Shown here piece by piece: positions 53,140-64,000 of a DNA stretch of 64,000 nt. Source of the DNA: Amoeboaphelidium protococcarum X5 (taxonomy: Eukaryota; Fungi; Aphelidiomycota); assembly GCA_023515725.1 (NCBI GenBank), contig JALDTO010000235.1, positions 520,541 through 584,540 of the forward strand, read 5' to 3'. Under the pieces are notes generated by a model. The model ran no database searches, had not been told where the DNA came from, and saw only the letters and a program-made list of their open reading frames with translations. Positions within the stretch are counted from its first letter, which is position 1; every line of letters starts with the position of its first letter. The translations under genes and the position numbers were made by a program.

Positions 53140-55815
53140 TCACTCTGAGTTGACTAGATACCAGCTATTTCTGCATTGTACAGCAGCACTGCGTACAACG
53201 CGCTTCTTATGTCCAAGATACAATGCACTTATCTTGATGACTTGATTGTAAAAGCGTAAGACTTTATCTGCAGGAAGCTTTGAAATCAGTGAAAGACATT
53301 GCAAAGTTCTAGCCAATACCACGAGATTTAACTTAGCATCCACGTTCTATAATCCATTAATTAAAAGTCTCATAAAGTCATTCAAGTCTTTCAGTATAAA
53401 TTAATGCGCGACGTTAATCACGTGGAATAGAGCCCTTACAGCGTACTCATCATTAAAACAACTTTCCAATGCCAATTTTAACTGTTCAGCGATAAAGTCA
53501 CCATCTTGACTGATGATGGTCTACTATACATGAGATATCATTAGGGAGAATACTTTCATGGCAAATGACGCGTCGCCTGACTTCTGCTCCGTAGTCAGAT
53601 ATTTCTTAATGTGAAGATATAGCCGCTGAGTGTGTAATGGCTTGCTGACACAGTGCCAGTATCCATCTCTCGACAATGTACTGGGTTAAAAGACTTGCTC
53701 CAACACGCTTAAATCCACCATCATATAGAGCATCTCATCCAATAGCTTATATCCGAAAGAATCGGAACGCATGATAAGAGCTTTTGCAATAACCATCTTA
53801 CCACTAGGATCCAAACTCTCAACAACTTTTGGTAATAGCGACTTTATCTGAGGAGCAAATTTATTAGCAAATAGGTGAATTACTTCCAAGCCTTGCGACA
53901 TTATCACTTAATCCTTGATACAAGATATATCTACTTCTGGTCTAAGACCAATAGCGAAAACCTTAAGATCATGGCTCGAAGTTTCTTTATCACAATATGT
54001 TCTCAGCAAGGTCTACTACTTTTCACAATCCATTTAAGCTAATAGAACGCCGAATATCTCAGGCTTCTGCAATTAATCTTACTGTAAAGCCGCGTCCAAT
54101 CTGCTTTCCAAAATGGTCATGGACTCCTGAAATTGATGCTTATAAGCTAAACATACACAGGTAGATATGAATTGATTCGATTCCTTCAAGTCAAGCAGTT
54201 ATGGGTCTTGAGCAACTATCAAATTCCATACTCTAAATTCCATAAGCTGTTGAATAGCTTTACCATATTTCGGGGTGTCATCTTTAATCTATGACCAGAG
54301 ATTGCCAAGAAGTTACTTATCTTACAAAGGGCCAAGACTCATACAGGCAACATCTGACAAATCCTAGTGATCACTCACCATGGCATTAAGTATTGACTCA
54401 CAACAGGCATTTAAGTCCACATATTGTACCCACTTTTAATCATTAATCAAGATTTAAATGCATTTCATGCCATTAATCTTCACATCCACCGGGCGATCAC
54501 TATCCAGAAATCCAAGTATAAATGGAACAAGATCAATGATGACCAAATTAGCAAAAGACTCTTTAGTGCTACTATCTGAGGATTCCACTGCATACTAATT
54601 CTTTAAAACGGTGAGCATTTCCAAAGTGAACAGCGACACTAATGCCTTATTACCAAAAGACACAGACTACTTGCCAGTGAGTAATGGCATCAAGCAATCT
54701 TACAGAATGGAGCTAAATCTCTAATGACTAATGCAACCAAATCCTTTGACTAAAATATTGATATATCTTGACAAATTGATACTCGAGTACTTGAGAAAGT
54801 CCATTTTCTCCTTCAAAGGGTTGAACAACACACCAAACTATGAATCCGTAAGTTATGTACCTAACGTCTACAGAGCTTCGCAAAGATCATTTACCAAGTC
54901 ATTCACTTCGTACAACTGGATGATATACGGAGCCAAGTCGTCCACTCTTTTTAATAAAGATTCTTGAACGTTGCAGCTACTTTGAGCAGTTACTGATAAC
55001 AATCTTAAAGCTTCTTTTACATTAAGTAACTCTTCCTATTCTCCTAAATTCTCGATTATCAAATCGATGCAACGATCACCATTCTCCTCTCGAGCGATAA
55101 GGCAATTATAAAGCAATTGCTTCAAAGCATTAGCAGACACTGCATCCCGCACATTATCCGGAGTCTTGTACGTGATAGGAAAGTACATTGAGCACACGTC
55201 AAACACATCGCCCAAAATATCCTTCTACTTGTCAGTTGCACCTGTAGGCAAAGAGTCAAGTGCATTTAGTATGACGGTTAAGCCCAATTAAATATTTCGC
55301 GGATCTCTTTCACCTTCAAAAGCGTTCATAAACTCAGACGCCAGTCTATACTAAAGCACTATATTACCAGAGATAGCTTTGCAGTTGGAGCAGCTTTACA
55401 TGATGCGATACACATTATATCTTGTAGACTGCGCCAATGTTTACACCTCAAGATCAGCGATCTAATGCAAAAGACTATCCACTAACTACTCATTCATCAA
55501 CTCGACGCGCTATAGCATTATATCAATGATAGCAACAGCTTACACGATACAAGAATCATCTTCCAATTTAGATAGGAAAAATTCAAGACAGAATTGATAT
55601 TCCCTAGGATGTAGAGACTGCAGATGATTCTCAATGATCATCTTCATGACGCGACATGACTTTTCTCTGACCACACCAATTAACGAGGAGAATCCGTCTT
55701 TTAACAGCTCAACTAAATTCAGGATATTTAAGCCATCACTGGAAAGATACTTGGATAAATCATCACTAATTTCAATCTAATTACCATCTAAATAATCCTA
55801 AATTGCCTTCTCCAT
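53140..55815 (-). CDS. MMS19: MMS19/Met18 cytosolic Fe-S cluster targeting HEAT protein, 891 aa
   Basis: QTLAQSTRYNVYRI, FMNAFEGERDPRNI, VFDVCSMYFPITYKTP and C-terminal LGHKKRVVRSAAVQCRNSWYL. Confidence 0.9.
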
Positions 55816-56181
55816 ATCGCTCACTCTGGATTGAATCTCTTGCGTTTAAAAAATACTACAAGAAAATCGATAAAGAAGGAAATGCTGAGGAGAAAGACGC
55901 GTTAATCGTTGTAAGGAGACCATTGTCAAAGCACGCCATAGTTTTTCCTCTTCATTCAGGAAATGTCCTTATGGTACTGTCTCATTGAATCATCTTCATA
56001 TATGAGCAAAGATTGGCCGTGAGATGATATTTAAAACAGAGCTTCATCAACGTCCTTTGAGGATAATGCTGAGAGTTCCACTTTAAAATAATCCAATCCT
56101 TTTCGTTGTTTCACCTCTTACGTGTTTCTGTCCTAGAGTAGTTGGTAAAAAATTCCATAGCACTCGATAACAGTGACTAGA

Positions 56182-57001
56182 ATGGACTTTAAATGGAAAT
56201 ATCAGTTCAATGGAATCCTCCCTAGGCGAAAGACTGTTACAAAAGAATAGAATATGAATGAAGTTTTGAAGGAAAAGCTGCCATATCAAATCGTATTTAA
56301 ACACCATGGTGATAATGATAGTCAAACTTGGATTGGCCGTAAATTGGCTGGTGTGAATGATAGTGCACTATCATAATTCATCAAAGCTGAAACTAATCCA
56401 GAGTAGCCTTAAAATCTACAATCAGATACTGCAGTAACAAGTGCTGCATAGTAAAGAGGTATGTATAATTTAGTAGAAGTGACTAATGTGATGCGTTTCA
56501 TATAATATCAGACGAGATGTACCACTGTACTGTAGAAGATTCACGCATACCGACAGAACGGCCGCATTTGCTCATTTGTCCACCTGAAACGAGATAGGAT
56601 TCACCTGCTTTAACTCTGTTAGCTCTGATAATATAAGTGTTGACGATTGGAGTTTTGATATATCATTTATTTTTACTATCAATATATACAAGGAATATCT
56701 CTCTTCAAGTGGTGAATACAATAGCTATTTTAATTCATTTGGCTTCCAGTAAGTATAACATTGTCCTAATTTAACATTCCCAGTTTGCGCGTCATCTATA
56801 AATATATATACCTGTGTAGTTGCATCACTCAAGTACCCAGATTCAATGATTCCCGCTGTGATAAGCAGGTAGATGTCTTTATGCTATGCCGTGTACTTTG
56901 GCATGATTCTAAGCCGACCTGTTGACTTAATTATCGCGTCTGTTTCACTCATTTAGTACATCATTCAGTCGCGATACATACAATCAAAGGTAAACCATTG
57001 A
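56182..57001 (+). CDS. Hypothetical multi-pass membrane protein (introns about 56459-56535, 56750-56819); start uncertain
   Basis: Open frame across two GT..GTAG introns. About four C-terminal hydrophobic segments (e.g. ALTLLALIIQVLTIGVLIYHLFLL). No family recognised. Confidence 0.5.
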
Positions 57002-57273
57002 ATGCATGCGTGTATAATGTCACAAATCTTATAACTATATTTGTAGAAACTGAAACTATTCGTGCTACCTGGTTAATTATGAATAAAAATGTGGTATAAA
57101 GTAATTTTAGAACGAACTCTCTCTCAGTTCTCTTTCTGAGTCTCCATGGCAATCTCTCGTTTCTACCAGATCGCTGAAAAGTTGAGATCTTAAATTACTA
57201 GTTCTAGTATATCTTTATTAATCACATTTATTTAACATAGATTGTTAATTTAACAATTTTGAAATATTATAGA

Positions 57274-58560
57274 ATGCTTAAAGCTTTGAGTAGGTTGTAA
57301 GCACGATTTATCACCACCGTCAAGTAGTAGAATAAAGGAGTGTTGATATCAGATCCTGAGCGAGGTCTGGCGAAAGAGATCCCATACGTCTGGTTGCGTG
57401 ATAATTGCTAGTGTCCTCAGTGTGTACATCCCACTACGAAATAGAAGTTGATCTCATCTGGGCACATTCCCCTTGATATGACTGCATCTCAGTGTTAGCT
57501 GGTAAATTATAATAATAAAGCGTAAAATGATGATGGAGGCGTTTTGGAGGTATAGTGGTAATAAAATTTACTTGGAAGCAGCAAGCATACTGATCATCCA
57601 CACAAGAGCCAGTATCCAGTCAGTTGGCTCTTGCAGAAGGAGAAACATAATCCTCCGTAGAGTCCTGAGTATCGGAATATACTGTGGGATCGTAAGACTT
57701 TATTTGAAAGCACGTAGAATAGGAAAGAGATTTGCTTTGATTATCGCCAGTACCTAGAGGATGATAATACATTCCTAAAATTTAGTCAGTAGTTGCAAAA
57801 CTATGGTCTAGCATTCATTTAGAATATCCCTTCTTAGTCCAACACTGCAGGCGTTGAATCAGTTGAATCTATTGCCTATCGAATTGGACCGATCAGGGAG
57901 ACTTTCTACGGTAAGAGTTGGAAAGTGATGTCTGAGCATTAGGCTAAGAATATTGCGTATACGAATCTTTACTTGGGATTGCATATGGATCTAATGTATT
58001 TCGAGTCTCCACCAGGTCTTCAATTCTTGCATTGTGTGGAGAATCGTAACATTGACGGTGGAGAGTCAACTTTTGTGGATTCATACAAGGCTGTGTAATT
58101 GCTAAAGCAGAAGAACGAAGAGCATTATCACACCCTGTCCAGTATCAGAATACCGTATCATTACCATAACAATGGGCATTAGATGATATACTGGCGGCCA
58201 GTGATCCTGCAGTCTAATTCGTGGAATAAGCCATCGCCGTTTGAAGTCAATTACTCTCCTCCTTTCATGGCCCCACTGAGTCTTTAGGTGTTCAAGGGAT
58301 CTCGTTATACTCTAGAAAAGTGGTATGAGGCATTCCAACATTTCCAGTCTATCATTGAAGACGAGTCTATGCTCTGCTCCCTCAAACTGGCAGAAGGTGA
58401 ATGTGCCGTATTTGCTAATAGACGCGTCCTTCATGGCAGGCAAGGATTTACTGTGGGTGAGAATGGTATGCGCCTTCTTCGCGGCACCTATGTCGATTGG
58501 GACATTTTCCTAGACCAATGGAGAGTGATCAAGACTAAAAAGTAGTAGTAGAAATTATGA
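57274..58560 (+). CDS. Gamma-butyrobetaine dioxygenase-like (BBOX1/AIM17) Fe/2OG enzyme, 428 aa
   Basis: WLRDNC[TAG]CPQCVHPTTK[TAG]KL (Zn domain), LGLHMDLMYFESPPGLQFLHC, GGESTFVDS and FANRRVLHGR. Confidence 0.9.
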
Positions 58561-58674
58561 CACTTAAAAGTCTTTAATAGATACTTTTTTATAGAAAATA
58601 GGCATATTTTAAAGATTAAAATCAATATATAGCAAAGTATGATACTGAAAATATTCACCTTTCTATTCAATTGC

Positions 58675-59394
58675 TCATTCAAACCAGAACTTTCTAAATC
58701 TTTGGTAGGCACCATCTAATGACCATAGCGAGGGGCGGACATCAACGAAAATTCTGAAGGGAACTTGGTCTTATGCTTCAGTTGGTCTATTGTAAAAGTC
58801 CAAGATGTAAGTCACCTCTTTACCGCAGCGATCAATTACCCAATCGTGTCGATCAAACGGACGGCCCATTGAGGAGAAATACGTGTTGAACATTGCTCGT
58901 GGCGATGGATCATCCGGTCTGCCCATGAATTTCTTTAATACAGGGCCGCTCTTGCATGTACTAGCATACTCCTTCTCCCATTAAAGGATCTTGGTCCAAG
59001 CGAGTTCATTGATGAGATTGTGTATAGGGACAATGGTGGACATGTCCTGCTCATCAGGATTATAACTCTTCTTCTTCATGGCAGAGTAAAATTACTTCTA
59101 TGATGGATATACCCAGTTCTCGCCATCCTTGCTCTTGGGAATAGAGCTGGTCATTCGCCGATCAGGCAATGCAGGACCACCTTGCCCATTCTGTGTCTCT
59201 ATTTCTGATATTGATTCTATATCACGCGCAGATTCTGATGAACATGGACGGGTCTAAGGTGCAGTAGTATGAGCCAGATCCACCAGACCAGATGTATTAT
59301 GTCGATGAGGACACGTTGGACGACTCTCTTCTTGCCTCTCTGATTATTTCACACTATGCGTATCAATATCACTTACAGCCTGAGTGATTGACAT
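58675..59394 (-). CDS. HCCS: Holocytochrome c/c1 synthase (heme lyase), 239 aa
   Basis: CP motif, SSIPK..NWVYPS[TAG]K[TAA]FYSAMKKK, IVPIHNLINELAW, PFDRHDWVIDRCG and DVRP. Confidence 0.92.
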
Positions 59395-59485
59395 ACTGTA
59401 ATTATATTCTTTACCTGATTAAAAAGTAATTCGTCATTGGGAAAGAATCTCTCAAAAGATCTAAAGTGGAAAATTTCAACTTATA

Positions 59486-60568
59486 ATGAAGCTGCGCGTG
59501 GTAAGAAGTCGTTCAACGAATGCATACTACAATTTAGCATTAGAAAATAAATTATTTCATTCGATTAAACCCAGCGATGAGTATCTGCTGTATCTTTGGC
59601 GTAATCAACAATGTGTCGTCCTGGGTAGAAATCAGAATCCATTTATAGAAGCGCGATTGGATTTGATGAAGACAGATGGCGTCCCGCTGATACGGCGATA
59701 ATCTGGTGGTGGTACAGTTTATCATGATATTGGCAATGCTTGCTATACTTTCATGATGCCTCGATAAGAATTCTCTTTAACCAAGTCTCTTGACATTGTC
59801 GTTCGGTCGTTGAACGATCGCTTGGATCTGCCCGTGTACACTACACCTAGGCACGACATTTGGCTAAATTTTAGTTATCGCTAATTTCCGCGGACTAATA
59901 GTAATAACAATGATAAGGGAGATGGCATACTCAAGAGCGGAATACAAAAGAAAGTTGGAGGAAGTGCGTATAGAGTTATCCGTGATCGTGCTTTCCATCA
60001 TGGTACTCTGCTGATTGACTCAGAGCCTGAGAATGTAACGAAATATCTTGGCCTCCATAACCAGTCTCCAGCGAGTGGGATTATTTAAAGTAAAGCCATA
60101 AAGAGTGTCACGTCTCAAGTTGGCAGGATACGTGACGTGTGTCTCACCACAGGATTTGAAGACTTTTGTGATGCTCTCACTCACGGGTTTTAGAGTTCCT
60201 TGTAACTGACTGATTAATAGTGCGAATATGAAGATATCGATCCTGAAAATACTCTGCAAGATAACGGGATCTAAAATGAAGTAAATCGATTGCAGTCTTG
60301 GGATTACAAGTACGGACATACGCCTGATTTTCAACACACGCTCCAACACTAAGATGGTACTGATACAGTTCTGCATATCCATCGATGTGTCATCTAAAAA
60401 GTTGAATCAAGAGTAAAGCATACAGAAAATCCGCTATTGTCTGATACTATGAGACTTTTAGAAGGCTGTAAGTATAGACGCGACGATATTCTGCAGAGAT
60501 TACAAGGCGAAAGTATCCACGAGCATATCATGGAAGAGATTGTAAACCAAATTCCGGATTATGAATGA
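59486..60568 (+). CDS. Lipoate-protein ligase A / lipoyltransferase (LIPT1/Aim22-like), 360 aa
   Basis: YNLALEN, LWRNQQCVVLGRNQNP, RR[TAA]SGGGTVYHDIGN, KVGGSAY, HHGTLL and SWDYKYGHTPDF. Confidence 0.92.
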
Positions 60569-61020
60569 ATGAATGAATGAAAGGATAATAGAGAATTATT
60601 ATTTCACAATTCATGCAAGCTCCTGTATACCATTTCCATTTAATCCATGAATGAGTTGACTACCGTTCGCAGAATCTTGGCATTAACCGCTTTAAACGTG
60701 ACTATGAGATCTGAATTATCAGTTTAAAAGGATCGCGTACTGATACTTGGCTTGTGGTCCTTCTCAATGCTGCACACCTATAACGCAATTTACGCGTAAT
60801 CTTGCGATTCAAAAGGCAATTTTAGTACTCTACAATTGAAATAATGAAAACAGAGTCTATTCAAATCTATAGTAACTTACAACTAATGCCTCATTCAATT
60901 TTGATATTTTTAAATGTTTTGCTCAACTTTATGAACAAGGTATCCTTTGAAAAGTATTTTCTTCTCTATATAAGCGAGTAAAATAACTTATCACGATAAA
61001 AACATAAACTACGTATCGCG

Positions 61021-61332
61021 ATGACTAAAGAAGATACGCTTGATATAAATGACGCGATTGAATTGAACTGCTGGTATCATGTGGATTATTGGATGAGGTG
61101 CGTGTCTTTAGCGAACCAGGTAAATCACTACTATGTGCATGGAGAACGGCCGACGTGCCACAAATGGACCGAGAGATTAAAATGGTGTATGTCATAAAAG
61201 ACCAAGAATGAGGATCAGAAATTGGAAGCGTTGCGCATAAGGAGGCGGTAATTGGCTGAATAGAGCCCCAACCGGAACGATGTATGGGAGTACAGGACAT
61301 CGCCTCCCTCGGACTTTCCTCCAAAAGTATGA
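61021..61332 (+). CDS. Emi1/C22orf39-like (DUF3128) small Cys-rich protein, 103 aa
   Basis: CWYHVDYWMRCVSLANQVNHYYVHGERPTCHKWTERLKWCM..DVWEYRTSPP. Confidence 0.8.
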
Positions 61333-61705
61333 ACTAAGAATAGTATAAACTTTGATATTTAGTTGTGAATGATTACAGTAGCTTTTTTTACCGAATTGAT
61401 TAGGTGGACTCAAGATCATCAGGATCATTGACTATCATGGTATCCGTTACAATGATACTGCTCACCGTTTGCGCGCATATAATTACAAAGTACTCATAGT
61501 GTCCACTCGAATTAACTGACAATCTTTGATATTCAAACTTCTTGCTCTTGAACACAAAATTAGCGTAAAGTAGTGTGTTGTCTCGACAATTTAATGGAAC
61601 AATTCGCATTCACATCTTTATGCCCTTTGTCTTTGAATAGTTAATCTTTGGCTCATAAAAAGTCCTGATTATTCGTTTTATTCACTACTCCTACCATTTG
61701 AAGAT

Positions 61706-62285
61706 ATGAATGAAAATTTAGTAAGAGTGCATACAAGGCAAGTGAGCACTCCAACTCAAAATAGTAAGTGATGGTACTCTAATGACTTTGTTTTCACCTT
61801 TGGTACTCCAGCATGTAGAACAACAAAATGGAAAGAAGAACAATGGCACTATAAGAAGAAAAGGTGGCCTCAGAGATGTGACTAATAGCACGCCGATTGT
61901 CAAAATGTCAAGTAAAGTAGATACAGTGAAAAAGACAGTCTTGTAGATGGACAAAATTCAGCTTACAGACGCTAACAAGGCGAAACCATCCATGAATCCC
62001 AATATTGATGATAAATATGAAATTGAAACGGTCCCTCCGAAACGAGAGACTGATTTCACGCGAATTATTCACGATGATGATCTGGTGGATGTTTAGTCAA
62101 TTGTGGAGTCATTCTCAAAGTTTAAAAATTACTCTCCTGATCACCTACATGATTTTGACATATCAGATATAAAGGAGATACCGGTCGATTGCGGCTTTGA
62201 TTTTGATGTTACAAGTGCTCATCTGATGCACTCTGAGATTTCTACACCAGAACTAGAAGATTTTGAGCTGAATATTGAATTATGA
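61706..62285 (+). CDS. Putative securin (Pds1/Cut2/PTTG1-like), 174 aa (intron 61764-61818)
   Basis: Basic N-half with N-terminal NEN and D-box-like RKGGLRDVTN. Central DKYEIETVPP resembles the securin EIExxP separase-binding motif. Acidic C-half. Confidence 0.55.
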
Positions 62286-62603
62286 ATATTTGCATCTGAT
62301 GAATTAATAAAGAAGGATTTTAAGTGCGCTATAGCTTTTGATAATGTCGCGATTTAAGAGAGAAGCGTCATGTAGACTTGAGGTTGTCACAGAGTCAGAC
62401 TCATAAACAGGATTGGTATATATCGAGCTGTTTTACTGAAAGTTTTTAGTATTGCTGTTGTGTAATTATATCATACTCGCTATTGCATTGTTCAATAGCT
62501 ATTCCAAGTGGCTAAGCCGGCTATCTCTGTAGTTGCTTAGCCACACTTTATTTATCATTCACATCTAATCTTACCATACCATTTGAAGCTATAATTTGTT
62601 GAG

Positions 62604-63884
62604 ATGATGAACCAAAACTTTTCAGTGTTAGTGCTATCGATTCTACTCAATATTATCAGTGTGAAATGTTTCCGAATTATTGAAGAAGGTATCCTGGCCG
62701 GCTGGGAACTGAACCTGTCTTCAATGTATGAATATGGTTTGTAGAATTGCATGGAGCTCTAAGTGAAGTTGGGTGTTCCAGTTCTTAACAAGAGACAGGG
62801 ACATAACAATGACAATACGTAAAAGAGAAAGACGCGTATAATCAAGACTCTGGCTACTATGAAATATGATGGTGGAGTATAATTTCAAGTGAAACTAAGA
62901 TTCATCAATGCTGCGTTATACGCTAAAGTTCCGATGCATTTATTAGCATACTGCAAAGTTCGAGACTAAACAAGTGATCACGTAAAGTGGGTTCTTTTGG
63001 CTTAATCTGAAGTATTTAAAGTGATTAAATTATCCAGCGATGGCCTGCGTACCTCAAATGATAAAGGATAGTAACTGAATGTACAGTCTTTAATCAAAGA
63101 CGTGACGCCTATTGAGTATTACGCGCAAATACTGCAGTCACGATCCCCTGATATTGATTACCGCATGGAGCAATGTTTTAAGCGCAAAGTGTCCAGTAAC
63201 TAGCTGGTAGAAGAGATGCAAAAGCTCAAACGGTAATTTTTATGCAGTCGAATCGTGTGTCCTCCTCTGTTGTAACCTTTGATAGAAGAAGCTGTTAAGC
63301 AGGCTGATATAAGAATTCAATAGCAGTTGGAACGTCGCCAATAAGAGAGAGCGCCATAAGTTTTGTTACAAACCAGAAGACTGTATCATAAGACTGAAGT
63401 AACCTCTACTAGATTCGCTCGTAGAGATTTTACCACTCAAGTACAATTCCCGGATGAATAGCCTCTGCAAAGTGTAGTTCAACTGTACGAGAAACTCTAG
63501 CTTCAATGGCATCAACAAGATTGGGATCAATCAATGGCGTTAAGAGTAAAACTTAATCCAATCAGGCGCGCAAGACTTACCATGTAATCCGCGTTATCTC
63601 AACTTCCTTAATTGGCCTCATTTGTACTGCGTCAAGTAGTTAGGATTACCCGTATTAAGATGATGGGACCCGATGCATAAGACTTGACTCTAGATTAAAT
63701 TATGGCGCCTCTATTCACATCACTTAACATTCGACCACTGATGGTTACATGCACAGACATCGAACAGTTTGATCTTCACTCGAATAATAGGTCGGTGTTG
63801 GATTATTTTAAAAACACTATTATTCTGAGGGCGTTCTTTATCCTCATTCACGCTCTCCTGGACTCTTCGTAGAATTAATTATGA
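62604..63884 (+). CDS. Hypothetical secreted protein, 426 aa, no recognised family
   Basis: TGA-free frame of 1281 nt. N-terminal signal-peptide-like MMNQNFSVLVLSILLNIISVKC. Intronless. Confidence 0.65.
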
Positions 63885-64000
63885 TTATTATTACCATTAT
63901 TGTCTGTAGCATATACAAAGTAAGTTCATCATTGTTCAATCTTCTTGATCAGTCTTCTTTTTGTTTCTGTACATTGTCGTAACTCGAATCACCCCCCCCC

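Noticed and set aside
59340-59376. Apparent GTAAGT..CAG mini-intron in HCCS
   Set aside because: The unspliced frame is already open from ATG 59394 with TAA=Gln. No intron is needed.
60561-60580. (GAAT)n run at the lipoyltransferase stop
   Set aside because: Short simple repeat with no evidence of function.
63890-64000. Terminal C-run and possible minus-strand gene end
   Set aside because: Too short and cut by the window edge. Not a recognisable telomeric repeat.

Overview
Gene-dense eukaryotic nuclear DNA with a fungus-related (Holomycota-like) gene set, short GT-AG introns (about 48-77 nt) and a non-standard genetic code. TAA and TAG encode Gln and TGA is the only stop (NCBI table 6). The supplied standard-code ORF track therefore shows only fragments. 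This code plus these genes points to an aphelid such as Amoeboaphelidium protococcarum (inference, no search run). Read by hand with TAR=Gln, the window holds about 35 genes. Recognisable ones: PLD1, F-box/RPEL, CHMP2B-like, B9D1, NUFIP1-like, PRP40-like, DNM1, MsrB, BNA3-like, CENP-E-like kinesin-7, a fimbrin-ABD/coiled-coil/PH protein, Pol kappa, SCOC, a minimal Swp1/RPN2, CEP164, COQ6, an SBBP membrane protein, a SET protein, NOP12, MTD1, RPF2, a PX-BAR protein, PRXL2-like, PUT2, a trypsin-like protease, MMS19, BBOX-like, HCCS, a lipoyltransferase, Emi1-like and a securin-like protein. There are also two orphan genes. Accessory material: a frameshifted Fanzor1/TnpB-like relic (15.3-17.8 kb), a 23.2-28.6 kb island with two Crinkler-like PD-(D/E)xK paralogs (one with a kinase-like domain) flanking a second degenerate element, and a 5'-truncated non-LTR retrotransposon fragment. 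All 21 inferred introns can end in GTAG. Family calls come from recalled motifs, not database searches.
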